From NCBI GenBank assembly GCA_951406725.2, contig OX597822.1:49662001-49726000 (forward strand): a stretch of 64,000 bases of DNA, in the 5' to 3' direction. A program made the translations under genes and the position numbers. Origin of the DNA: Octopus vulgaris. Taxonomy: Eukaryota. Below are positions 39,755 through 52,014 of this stretch, in pieces. The notes under the pieces were generated by a model. The model saw only the letters and a list, made by a program, of their open reading frames with translations. It did no database searches and was not told the DNA's origin. Numbering within the stretch: the first letter of the stretch is position 1; each line of letters begins with the position of its first letter.

Positions 39755-39916
39755 CAATAACAGCTATAACAACCACAACACACACCTTCTCTCTCTCTAT
39801 CATTATCTCACTCAGATCACTGATCGGAATCTATCACTCTCGCACTCAGATCACTGCTCGGAATGTTGGGGTTAGTATTCCGTGCTTTTAACCACTACGC
39901 CATGTGCCCGTGGGCA

Positions 39917-40200
39917 TATGGAGGTGTGGCAAGGGGCCGACTCCTGCTGCCATACATATGGCTTTCCAGCTGCAACCTTCTCCAGCCAGGGATTGACTAC
40001 AGTCTCAATCAGCTTCATATAGCTTTATGATTTGAGGCTAAGGCCTTGTTCAAAGATATCGGGAGACATGGTGTCACCGTCACTAAAGATATACGCAAAG
40101 ACTAATCGCATTTTGGGGCAATTTGGCTTTTATGATGTCTCTGTCAACCCTTACATCCTCTGTAATGTTTACAGAGCATTGAATAGCAGTCATAATATGC
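39917..40200 (-). mobile_element. maT (DD37D) transposase fragment
   Basis: SDGDTMSPDIFEQGL...VVNPWLEKVAAGKPYVWQQESAPCHT; homologous to 44520-45335. Confidence 0.75.
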
Positions 40201-40943
40201 ATTGAAGCTGTACTCTGGCCATGTCTGTACACTTATCTAGCTTCTCTCTCCTTTTCTTTGCTAACGGTACCAATTTCACTTTTTAAGATGTTAATTATTG
40301 TGCAGCAGGTTTTATCGGAGAAAAAACGTCATTGATTTTTTTCAACGCGAAGTACGATCTATGTATGTTAAGTCGTTTCACACGGTCGTCAATGATTAGT
40401 TTGATAGGTTGGTGTTTTGACGAGGTATATTTCTTACACGTTGATTTTACTTTTATCTTTTTTTCGCATTTCTGCTTACATGTTTCGTATCAATGTATGG
40501 AAATAAGTTATACATGTATTTTTTTTTTACACCTGGTTAAAAAAAAGTGTGCCCACAAGTGTGGAATACACTTGATGTTAAAGCATAGTATATTCATCGT
40601 TGCTTGTAAGATTTTAAAGCATGATATCGGATATGTATTTTATTACGTTAAAAGATTAAACGTATTCTATATATACCTATGCATAACAAATTCAATCTTT
40701 TTAACACCAGTTTATTCGCGATTTTGTGTGACACGCATCAGATAATTTGCAATTTGCCATTCCTGAATTAAAATTCGTTTGAATATTTCTGCAGGAAACC
40801 TATGATACTTAACAGGTATGTGCACATACACATATCCACTTATGTATGTATGTATGTATGTATGTATGTATGTATGTATGTATGTATGTATGCATGCATG
40901 CATGTATGCATGTGTGTATGTATGTACGTATGTGTGTATGTAT

Positions 40944-41491
40944 GTCATTTTTCAGTTTATTTCAAGATTGCTTGCCAATAAAGAAAGAATCGGTTGCTAA
41001 CCTAGATCCAAGGCTCCTTCATTGGAATTTCAACATCAACAACAGGGTTGTTTTGTATGTATGTATGCATGTATGCATGTATATATGTTTGTATGTATTT
41101 ATGTATGTATATGTGTATGTGCAGATTTGTATGTTTTATGTATGTATTCTCATGCATATAGTTGCATATCTAGACAAGCTCATATACATTTGAATGATAA
41201 AATTCTGGAAAGTTTTACAGTGTTCTAGTGTTGGACTAGATCTGTAGTCTTCGAATTAGCTTTCTCCTTTCTGGTCTGGTACGGCTATTGCTACATGATA
41301 AACTGCTTTGATGATAGATGTTACTATCATCACGGAGCTTTCTAGTAACATAGCCATCCATAGTCTTCTGCTCATATAGGCTCATCTTTTCATCCGATGA
41401 TACATTGCGGTAGAGTCGCCACGTCCCTGGGCATATATTCTAGGTTATCAGACAAAGAATGTTTCCCAAGAGACTGCCTTCCAGATCTGGC
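40944..41491 (-). mobile_element. R4/Dong-like element in (TATG)n, 5'-truncated and internally deleted
   Basis: Same 3' UTR as 29975/34035. Joined at ctggtctggt (41271-41280) to a post-RT segment (HSLSDNLEYMPR...YEQKTMDGYVTRKLRDD). Flanked by (TATG)n on both sides. Confidence 0.75.
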
Positions 41492-41555
41492 ATGTATGTA
41501 TGTATGTATGTATGTATGTATGTATGTATGTATATACACACATACACGCACGTAC

Positions 41556-41597
<42 letters not shown>

Positions 41598-42179
41598 TGT
41601 GTATGTGTGTGTGTGTGTGCATGTGCATGTGTGTATATATGCATAAATACATATATTTTTATGTCTGTATATAGATGGAGTTAAAGTAAAAAATATTTAC
41701 TTGAATACCCCCACTGTATAGACCGACGCATTAGTATTTTAGTTATATATGCTTGCATTCCTTGCGCAAATTCATTTGTTCATGAATATTTAAAAATAAC
41801 AATCTCAACATCTCTCTCCCTCCAACTATGTTACATTCTCATCTCCAAAATATTCTTATAAACCTCGCTAAGATAAATATTTCAATTAACCTGAAGATTG
41901 ACTGTAACCATAACTCGAATTATTACGAATTGTACAGCCATGAAACGATCATAGTGTTTTACTTTTTATCTTTTATTAAACTTTTAATACTTTTGATATA
42001 TATTTAAAATAATATAAATTAATTAATTTTATGTATTGGCTTATGTTTTTATTGTTTGATTTGCCTAATAGTGGTTTTATCTCTAATTTAATATAATATA
42101 ATATATATTTTACTATAAAATTCGATTTAATCCTAAATCTGATTTTTCCCTGTAAGTTTGGATTTATTCCCTAATATTC

Positions 42180-42218
<39 letters not shown>

Positions 42219-42238
42219 TAAATCCATCTGTCCGTCCA

Positions 42239-42327
<89 letters not shown>

Positions 42328-42779
42328 ATATAAATCACAGTATGTGTGCGTACAATGACTAACGCATACGTTTCCACTATTCTCAATCAATTTTCACCAA
42401 ACTTTACACACACATTACTTATGTCCCGAGAATGGTCATATACTATAACACTTTGCCCAGATCTACCGCGTAAATGGACATAGTTTTTTCTGTGTATGTA
42501 GGGCCTTCCATACGTTTACGTTTCTAATCTTTTTATAAAAGTGAAAGGATTTTGTGTATATATTTATTTTGACTGTCTACCTGCGACGTTTATGAAATTG
42601 ACTAGGAACACTGTACGCGATGAATATCCAGTGACAATTTTAATCTCCATATTTAAACTGCATTAAACTCAGCCAAGTTTAGTTTTACCTATTCTCAGTA
42701 ACTTAAAGGTGATGTTCCCTGCCCTCTCTTCTATTTCTTGATACATTTGTTTACCTACGAATGCGTTGTTTCAATTTAA

Positions 42780-43375
42780 GGTTGCTTATTTACCCATGCA
42801 TTATATTATTTCGACTGTTAACCATTATTTCAAATACGTTTTAGCATTGTCGTTCTCACCTTTTTTAAACAATCACATATGATTAGTCCCAAAGGATCAA
42901 CATTTAAATAAGTGTCTTGGGCGGAGTTCTGATGTAAGCACGTGCTAAAATCCCCCATAACTTTTTTTTTATTTTTGTGAATTTTTATACATTTTTTCGA
43001 TTCTGTCTTCTGCATAATGGAATTAATACAATTATGCAAATTTGTTTTTAAATCCCCACGCCGACACTTTTTAAGACCTCTGTTTTAATATGCGGACAGT
43101 CTGAATCTACCACTCAAGTCTTTTTATAATTTCCAAATAATCTTTTAATACATTTATGCAAAATAAGTCAATTAGCGGTCTTCACACTTTTTCACATAAT
43201 CCTGAACATCATATGTGAAATGCCAGTGACATACTGCATGTTTAAAAACAACATTGGCAGACAGACAGTCTTACAGTAGTACGACATATAGTCCAAGTAG
43301 ATGAAATTCTTCGTTTCAAGAGGAAAAACAATGAAGTTGGAAGAATTGGTGAAGAAGTTTTGGATACTTGTGATC
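42780..43375 (+). mobile_element. Merlin/IS1595-like transposase remnant
   Basis: HIVQVDEILRFKRKNNEVGRIGEE resembles the Merlin VQIDES..KRKYN.GR motif. Confidence 0.5.
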
Positions 43376-43456
43376 GTCGTAACCGACGGTGTACCGGTTT
43401 TTATGTGTTTATATACGTGCATATAGATATAATTAAAACAATATGTATACACCCAC

Positions 43457-43501
<45 letters not shown>

Positions 43502-43814
43502 ACAAAGCTTAATGGGGTGATTTTTTAAAAACTCCTTTAGTGACTAACGGTTTTTACTACAAATTCCAATTTAAGCGGAATCTACACGATCTGAAGCATG
43601 TTTGTAGAAAATTTCATTAAGAAATATTCAATTTTCTCAAGGTTATGCAGAAAGCAAATATTTGGGGCACGATTGTGTTGATATGCCGAAACATTTATAT
43701 ATATACAAGGATGAACATAAAACTAACTCTGTAAAAATGTACGTGTGTGTGCATATATCTATATATGTTTCTGTGTGCATTTATACATGTATATATATAT
43801 AGAGAGAGAGTTAA

Positions 43815-43990
43815 TCCAGACATGAAAGCACAAAAAAGCACAACAACGCGAGGACGTGGAACAAATATAGTATTATTGGACGCTCAGGAAAGAAGGAAAG
43901 AAGGAGGGTTTAACGTTTCGAGCGGAGCTCTTCATCAGAAACATAGGAAAAGGAAAAATTATCCAGAGAAGGAAAGACGGAGGAAAAAAT
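43815..43990 (-). mobile_element. Penelope-like terminal repeat carrying a hammerhead
   Basis: Related to 690-825 (tttcctgagcgtc) and embedded between (TA)n/(GA)n tracts. Confidence 0.65.
43908..43942 (-). ncRNA. Minimal type I hammerhead ribozyme (Penelope-type)
   Basis: Minus strand GTTT-CTGATGA-A-GAGC-tcc-GCTC-GAAA-CGT-T-AAAC: complete core, stems I and II, palindromic loopless stem III. Confidence 0.75.
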
Positions 43991-44519
43991 ATATATATAT
44001 ACACACATATACGTTGCAGAAGATATTTGAATAATGGAATAAAAGTCAGTCATAATATGAGATCTCCCAAAAATCTATTTCCTTAATTTTTAACTACTGT
44101 TTCTGGCACACATATTTACGCAGTTTTGATTTTGAAGCATTTAAATAATTGTTTGGAAATTATAACGAGAAACGATTGGCAGATCCGGATTGTTTGTATT
44201 TTAAAACCACGAATTAAAAAAAAATGTGTGGGTGGGGTAGGAATCAAATTTTTCTTTTTTTGCATAAATAATCAATTCCATTATGCAGAAGACAGAATCA
44301 AAATGAAGACAAATATCCGTGAAATATAAGCACGTGCTTACGTCATAACTTCACCGAATTTTGCTTCCACTAGCGAAAGCTATACGTATCTTCAAAAAGC
44401 GCCATAGCAATTTAACTCTATGCGGCAGTCGCCGTTAGTTTATGAGAAGGCTATGTGGGAAGACAGAATATCTCTAAAAAAAATAGCACCCCTTACTGTT
44501 GAATAAGGATTATGGAAAT

Positions 44520-45335
44520 GCATAATCCTTGCCTTCAGTTCATCTTTGGTGTTACAATGAGTTTTGTTCGTCACTCGCTCAACTGCGCCCCACACATAAT
44601 AATCAATAGCTTACAGTCTGTGGATTTGTGTGACCAGAAATTAGGGGTGATATGGTCGCAGAAATTGTCTGACAACCATGCCTGAGTAATCCTGTTTGTG
44701 TGGGATGGTGCAGATTCCTGCTACCACACATAGGGTCTTCCAGCAGCAACCTTCTTGACCCAGGGCAGCACTATCTCCTCCAGGCATTTGATGTAGACCT
44801 CCGTGTTTAGTCTGAGGTGGGTGGGAAGATGAATGGAGGCATAGGGCCATCACTAGTTATCATTCCAAACACCATGATGTTGACAGGATGTTTGTTTATT
44901 ATCACTCTCGGTACATGCTTTGGGGATACGGCAAGCCAACGGTTGTTCTGTGTGTTCACCATCTGATCCTGGCAGAATTTTTTCTCGTCTGAGAAAAACC
45001 AAATCATGTTCGAAGGAGGGGGTGTTTGAGTTGGTTCAAAAGCTTCGTAGTGCGGACTTTCCTCTTAGCCTTGATGGCTTGGCATAAAATTGGCCCTTTC
45101 TCATGAGGAATACCGAATGTCTTCATGCACTACCTGCATGATAAGGAATTCAGGCTCTCCCATGTTCCTGGCGATGGACCTGAGTGACTTGGAAAGATTG
45201 TTGACGATCATGACCTGGATCTCACCAACAAATCCACGAGTTCTTTTCTTATCAAAGCGAGCTGAGTTTTCCGAGTAGTCGTACTTTTGTAATCACTATT
45301 AGACTCATCCAACTCTTTCCAATTCCTCTGCAGAT
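44520..45335 (-). mobile_element. maT (DD37D) transposase pseudogene
   Basis: WFFSDEKKFCQDQMVNTQNNRW, MVFGMITSDG, W*QESAPSHT...DCK.IDYYVWGAVE with 37-residue spacing once a frameshift is corrected. Confidence 0.85.
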
Positions 45336-45904
45336 TGACATACATATGTGAATGTATGTATGTGTGTGTGTGTGTGTATGTGTGTGTGTGTGTGCGATAA
45401 TGAATGTCACGAGGTGGAAAAACGCAACTTTCTCTTTCTACATATTTTGCTAAGTTAGAATATAACTGTTTTGGTTAGGATTTTAAAATTTTGGATAATC
45501 GCATGGGGAACACAGCACGAAAGCGTCAGCAGGGAAGGAGAGGACAGTTGCGCGAGGAACAGCGGGAATCAAATAAGGAATCAAAATTGCGCGAGGATGA
45601 GACAGAAAAGAAACGGAATAAGCTAAGAGGAGAGGGAGCGTATCCTATAGCATAAGAGAGAAAGGAATGAAAAAAGGATAGAACAAATGAGCCAAGACCA
45701 AAAAGAGGTGCATTTTCAAAATAAGAGAGATATAAATCAACAGAACCGAGAAAACATGTGCCAAGAGCAAAGGCAGCTGTACTTGGAAAATATGAGAAAG
45801 AGAGATGGATCTCTCTCCGCAACCAGCAAACCACAAAATAGCACCAACCAACATGACCACCACCTCCAAGCCCATCATATATATACATATACATATATAG
45901 ATAG

Positions 45905-46060
45905 CTGACAACTGATGAAGAGTCCTTTCTCTGTGTTTATTTGTCTTGTTCTCCATTTTTTCTCGTTGTTTACATATTTAACACATTTGTTTACGTATTT
46001 CATATTGTTTGAACCGTTGGTGACGTCCTGTACTCACATATGCATGTATATATATCTATC
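45905..46060 (+). repeat. Dispersed repeat fragment (copy also at 49650-49770)
   Basis: actgatgaag.gtcctttc.ctgtgtttat...ctccatttttctcgttgtttac...gtcctgtac.catat is shared by both loci. Confidence 0.7.
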
Positions 46061-46098
46061 TATCTATATATATGTATATATATATATATATATATATA

Positions 46099-46492
46099 CT
46101 AGCAGTATCGCCCGGCGTTGCTCGGGTTGTAAGGGAAATAACTATATAAGCATTTTTAGAGAGTTATAGCCAAAAAATAACAAAAAAATGCATTAAAAAT
46201 TGAAAAAAAATTAAAGTAATTTTTTTTTAAATCGTTGACACATCGTAGATATTTTTAGAGAGTTACTTCCCTTATATAAAAGCGAAAAAAATGCATTAAA
46301 ATGGAAAAATATGATGGTAAATTTTTTTAAAATCGTAGACTCATCGTAGACGCGCGCTAATACCCAGAAGGGCTCGATATGAATCACGACTATAAGATAC
46401 CCGCTTTTGGTTAAACTGCACCGCAAAATGTGGGAGTAATTATGAATGTAAATCGAAGGGGACAGACACACAACTTCACTCTTATATAAAGA
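46099..46492 (-). mobile_element. Non-autonomous Helitron (family A), complete
   Basis: Minus strand: 5' TC start, 3' hairpin cccgagcaacgccggg then CTAG; inserted between A and T. Confidence 0.8.
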
Positions 46493-46493
46493 T

Positions 46494-46818
46494 GGGTTTT
46501 TTTTTCAGTCATAGAGTTAGATTTATGAAGGTCTTCAGTAGAAAATCCTTCGAATTCTGACTCGCTGCTTGATATAATGAAATTCGTATCCATTTTTTGT
46601 CAGAATTACAAATTTTGAAAACACAATAGGAACAAATTTCGGAAAAAAATCTCCCATAATTCACGGAATTAAAATTACACTTCGATTTTTGTACAAAACT
46701 GTATTTGAAGTGTTTACGAAGTATAATACGTGTTTTCACGAATGTACTAAAGAGATTTACTCTGATATTCTCATTTAAATATGAATAGGTAAATTCGGGC
46801 GGTTTGGTAACGAAAGGG
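46494..46818 (-). mobile_element. piggyBac-like 5' end fragment
   Basis: Minus strand taaa|CCCTTTCGTTACC terminus, followed by an acidic N-terminus MDTNFIISSSESEFEGFSTED. Confidence 0.5.
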
Positions 46819-46859
46819 TTTATATAAGTGTCGTCTGTTTATACATAAACACTGTTTCA

Positions 46860-47269
46860 TAGTTTCAGTTTAGTCTTCCTCAAATCACTGTCGCTAATTT
46901 ACTCTCTTCCAAGAACATTTTCACTCACTGTTATCTGTTAGCTTCCCATACATTTTACTCATGTATCTATCAGCGTGATAGACAGAAACAAATATTACAT
47001 TTACTTTCATTTTATTCGTTGCCCACTGTGTGTGTGCGTTTGCGTGTGGTGTAAACCAGACTAAGAAAAGCATTTGACACACACACCAGAATGTGAGTTT
47101 TCTGTAAATTTTGCTTAATTGGAGTTTAAATTTTAAAAACTGGACCTGGCATGACGCGATGCATTGTACTCTTAAAACTGCTAGGTAAATTGTAATTGAA
47201 GAAATCCTATATTGTAGATTTGTATAACTCCCAAAGGGAGGCAGATAAAATCTGCCTTTTATAATAAGA
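46860..47269 (-). mobile_element. Helitron-like 5' portion (family B), copy 1
   Basis: Near-identical to 48670-49073; minus strand starts TCTTATTATAAAAGGCAGATTTTATCTGCCT. Confidence 0.6.
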
Positions 47270-47907
47270 CTAGCAGTATCGCCCGGCGTTGCTCGGGTTT
47301 GTAAGGGAAATAACTATATAAGCATTTTTAGAGAGTTATAGCCAAAAAATAGCAAAAAATGCATTAAAAATGGAAAAAATATGATGGTAAATTTTTTTTT
47401 AAATCGTTGACTCATCGTAGACATTTTTAGAGAGTTACTTCCCTTATATAATAGCGAAAAAATGCATTAAAATGGAAAAAAAAACGATGGTAAATTTTTT
47501 TTTAAATCGTAGACTCATGTAGACGCTTTCTTAGCCATTTCTGTTTTGGTGTCTTCAAGCCATGAAGTCGTTGTTCTAAAAGAACACTGGTCTCCTTGAC
47601 AACGCATTACGACGTTGATTTCCTTACACTCCCTTCCTCACAGGTGCAGGTGTGAGCGTGGACGCCAACTCCGCCGCCATCGACACACGAAAAATTATGC
47701 ATTAAAATGGAATAAAAAATGATGTTAAATTATTTTTAAAATCGTAGACTCATCGTAGACGCGCGCTAATATTCAGACGGGCTCGATATGAATCACGACT
47801 ATAAGATACCCGGTTTTGGTTAAACTGTACCGCAAAATGTGGGAGTAGATAGGAATCTAAATCGAAGGGGACAGACACTCACACAACTACAGTTTTATAT
47901 ATATAGA
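47270..47907 (-). mobile_element. Non-autonomous Helitron (family A), longer copy with extra internal segment
   Basis: Same termini as 46099-46492; extra GC-richer segment at about 47525-47695. Confidence 0.8.
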
Positions 47908-47914
47908 TATACAT

Positions 47915-48295
47915 AGCGCAGTAGTGGTGAGATATGACAGCAAAGAAAAGCATACATTCACTCTCTGCATGCAATTAGACTCGGAAAGTTCGTGAGGAAC
48001 CCATTGACCCAATTTGCTGACTTTTCCGATAGCACACAGGTGTCAATGAATGGTTGAATGACCAAATCCAAGCTTCTCTGCTAGTTCCTCAACAGTTACG
48101 ATGAGATTTTGTTCCACCAGGGTTTTCAGGATGTCCTTGTCGAGTTCTACAGATCTTTCAGGATGAGGCTCGTCTTCTAGGCTGTAGTTTATGGCTCGGG
48201 ATTTCTGGAACCACCATTGACACTGCCTTACGCTTATTGTCCAATCCCCATATACTGCATTAATATTTCTTGTACTTTGCGCACATTTATATTCT
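47915..48295 (-). mobile_element. mariner transposase N-terminal fragment
   Basis: TRNINAVYG...QWWFQK...SLEDEPHPER...ELAEKLG...GKVSKLGQWVPHEL. Confidence 0.85.
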
Positions 48296-48466
48296 GTTAT
48301 TCTTTTATATGTTTCAGCCTTGAGGTTGTGGCCATGCTGGATCATGTGTGTGTGTGTGTGTGTCTATCTGTCTGTCTGTCTGTATGTATATATGTATATG
48401 TATGTGTGTGAACAATAATATTTTCAACAGATGTGTTGCAAATGTATCTGATTGTTCTCAAGCTTC

Positions 48467-48516
<50 letters not shown>

Positions 48517-48573
48517 ATATGTATGTATGTATGTATGTGTGTATGTATGTATGTGTATGTATATGTGTGTGTA

Positions 48574-48610
<37 letters not shown>

Positions 48611-48669
48611 ATGTATGTATGTATGTATGTATGTATGTATGTATGTATGAGTGTATGTTTACTTTATTA

Positions 48670-49073
48670 CTAATTACTCTCTTCCAAGAACATTTTCACT
48701 CACTCTTAGCTCTTAGCTTCCCATACATTTTACTCATGTATCTATCAGCGTTATGGACAGAATACTTTCACTTTAGTCTTCCTCAAATCACTCTGTCTCT
48801 ATTTACTTTCATTTTATTCGTCGCCCACTGTGTGTGTGCGTTTGCGTGTGGTGTAAACCAGACTAAGAAAAGCATTTGACACACACACCAGAATGTGAGT
48901 TTTCTGTAAATTTTGCTTAATTGGAGTTTAAATTTTAAAAACTGGACCTGGCATGACGCGATGCGTTGTACTCTTAAAAATGCTAGGTAAATTGTAATTG
49001 AAGAAATCCTATATTGTAGATTTGTATAACTCCCAAAGGGAGGCAGATAAAATCTGCCTTTTATAATAAGAGA
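48670..49073 (-). mobile_element. Helitron-like 5' portion (family B), copy 2
   Basis: Duplicate of 46860-47269, ending in A|TC on the minus strand. Confidence 0.6.
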
Positions 49074-49849
49074 TATATATATGTATGTGTGTGTGTGTGT
49101 GTGTATGTATAGACCATATATGATTTACTATTTATTATTCAATTGAACGCCAAGCATCCATTTCCAATAAGTTTATCTTCATCTTTTTGATGCGACTCTC
49201 TTTTGTATACTTTTTCTTGCACCATTCTTCTCTAATTCCCTTTTCCCCCTCCGGCTTTCACCATTTTCTATCTGTCTCACACCTCCTCTTTTATTTTTTT
49301 TGCTCTCTCTCTCTCTCTCGTTGCTCACACGTGACCATCGCCCATCTTTTTTACCTCACTTGACCATTTATATATTCTTGCACAGACGTTCAAAAGATGT
49401 TTTCGTCTCTCTTCTATCTTCTCTCTTCTCTAAAAGAAAAGACACTTCTCACAGTGTTCACTATTTTCCTCTTGTTCTGGTCTAACGACTCTCCATGTTT
49501 GATTTTGTTCAGTTTCCTTGTATGTCTCCACTGTCATGTTCTTTTTCCCAAAATTGACCCTCTATAAATCCTAAATTTTATTTTAGAATTCATGGGACCA
49601 ACTGTCTTTGAAGACTCATATTGTGTTTGAATGCTCGAAATGAAGAGTAAATAGACTGATGAAGGGTCCTTTCCCTGTGTTTACTTCTCCTGTTCTCCAT
49701 TTTTCTCGTTGTTTACGTATTTCATGTTGTTTGAATCATTGATGAAGTCCTGTACCCATATATGCATGTATATATATATATATAACATTTCCTGTTTCTT
49801 ATATATTTATATATGTATGTATATATGTATAAATTTATATGTGTGAATT

Positions 49850-50070
49850 GTGCCAGTATTTGTCCTCCCCCACCACCATTGCTTGACAACCAATGTTGGC
49901 GTGTTTGCCTCCCTGTAACTTAGCTGTTCAGCAGAAGAGACTGAAAGAATAAGAACCAGGCTTACAGGGAATATGTCCGGGCCTCAATTTCGTCGACTAA
50001 AGGGTCGTGACTAAAGGGTCGTGCTCCAGCATGGCCATCGTCAAATGACTGAAACAAGTAAAAGAATACG
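49850..50070 (+). mobile_element. Second octopus SINE family, 3' part
   Basis: gcttgacaacc...gtgctccagcatggcc...aaatgactgaaacaagtaaaag. Confidence 0.8.
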
Positions 50071-50239
50071 ATAAAAACTTTCTGTACCAAAAAACCAAGA
50101 GGGTTCTCTGAATATGTACGATGTTCTTTAAGGCTAAATAGTTAGTTCCGTTTACGCTTGAGTAACCGAGATATTTTGGTTGGATTATATAGTTATCGGT
50201 TTTACATTTCATTCGTTATTCTATAACTGTCGCAATGTA

Positions 50240-50628
50240 CTTTTCTACTATAGGCACAAGTCCTGAAACTTGGGTGGGGGCAGCCGATCAACACCAGTAC
50301 GGAACTGGTAGTTAATTTACCGACCGCAAAAGATGAAAGGTGAAGTCGACCTTGGCGCAATTTGAACTCTGAACGTAAAGACAGACGAAATACCTATTTC
50401 TTTACTACCCACAAGGGGCTAAACAAAGAGAGGACAAAGAAGGACAGACAAACGGATTAAGTCGATTATATCGACCCCAGTGCGTAACTGGTACTTTTTT
50501 AATCGACCCCGAAAGGATGAAAGGCAAAGTCGACTTCGGCGCAATTTGAACTCAGAACATAACGGGAGACGAAATACGGCTACGCATTCTCGCCCGGCGT
50601 GCTAACGTTTCTGCTACCTCGCCGCCTT
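50240..50628 (-). mobile_element. Dimeric octopus-type tRNA SINE
   Basis: Reverse complement of the head+body+body structure seen at 18438. Confidence 0.88.
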
Positions 50629-50720
50629 CAACTGTTACAATATAGAAACATTTCATATGGCATCAACACACAATTTACAGATGCTTACATTTTTATATTT
50701 TCCGTTCACGAGTCTAGTTA

Positions 50721-50793
<73 letters not shown>

Positions 50794-51299
50794 TAATAAT
50801 AATAATAATAATAAGCATATATATGTATAGGTATGTGTGTGTGGTGTGTGCATATATGCACACACTCACAGCCCACACACTCACGTATATGAATATCATA
50901 GCAGCTTTGACATATAGTCTAATTTCATTATATGATGATACGGGCATCATTGATTATTGCAAGATGGATAACTGCAATTTTCTTTCTTAGCATAACTATT
51001 ACTTTTTTCTCTGAAAGATTCACACTTGGGTTAGATTTTTACTTGAATGGTTTTCTTAGTACATGATAGAGGAATATGGTGAAACGGTTCGATACGACTG
51101 TATAGCTTTGAAGCACATCAAGAGTGACATTAAAGAATTAAGTGTCCCCGATATATTCTGATATATCGTCATTATCGCATTCACAGGCTGTTCAGAATAT
51201 ATGTTTTACAACCAAGATTGAACTAAAAGCTTGTTCTCTCTCAATAGAGACGAAATAAAAAATGTACAGGACTACAGGTCGAAAAGTGCTGTGGAAATT

Positions 51300-51780
51300 A
51301 GGATTTGAAATGAATGTAGAGAACGTAAATGCTTGGATAATATGTAGAAACCTAGTATTAGAGTAAAATTGAAATACACTTCTTCAAAGTCTCAGCTTAA
51401 TCAATTGTGTTCTATGGTTTGATAACATGGACCTTTACAGCTCCCATAAACATGAATATCTCTAAATGACAGATTGTCCATAATGTTCTGAGCTGTTCTA
51501 AATCTCTCATGGTGTCAACATATGACTAACGAAGAACAACAGTGGACATAGAGAATAGGAAAGTACAGGTTGAAATATATTGGTCACGGTTGACATAACA
51601 AGGAGGAGCTAGTAAATGAAGTTCTTCTGAGACAATATTCCCATGATACACCGGGAAGATGTTGACCAACAAAAAGAACTAACTACATCAACCGTTTTCT
51701 GGAAGCACTATGAAAAGGCTTAAAATGCCATGAATAATAGCAATTAATGGGAAATGTGTATCAAGAATGCCGAGAATTTC
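51300..51780 (+). mobile_element. Degenerate RTE/RTEX-like LINE 3' region
   Basis: SIVFYGLITWT, AVLNLSWCQHMTNEE, RLKYIGH, KEELVNEVLL match RTE-group C-terminal motifs. Confidence 0.65.
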
Positions 51781-52014
51781 TCAGTCCAATAGTATATGTT
51801 ACATGCATGCTTACATACCAAATGAATAAAAACAGTCTTACTCTTTCGCCCGTGTGGTTAAAGTATCTAATTTAGTTCTCAGAATCCCAACATCACTTTC
51901 CCCTTTCCTGTAACCTCCAGGTTTCTCATATTTTCGTTTCTTATCCAGTAATGTTTTCATCGTTATACTTTTACAGTAGCAATTATTCAAAGAATCTATG
52001 AAAATAATTATTTT

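Noticed and set aside
39866-39916. tRNA-like sequence on the minus strand (TGGCGTAGTGG A box)
   Set aside because: Truncated before the B box and T arm; a SINE head fragment, not a tRNA gene.
40700-40830. KYHRFP...W resembling a THAP domain
   Set aside because: The required C2CH residues cannot be placed; too weak to call.
45912-49670. CTGATGAAG motifs at 45912 and 49656
   Set aside because: No properly spaced GAAA or stem III downstream; cannot be folded as hammerheads.
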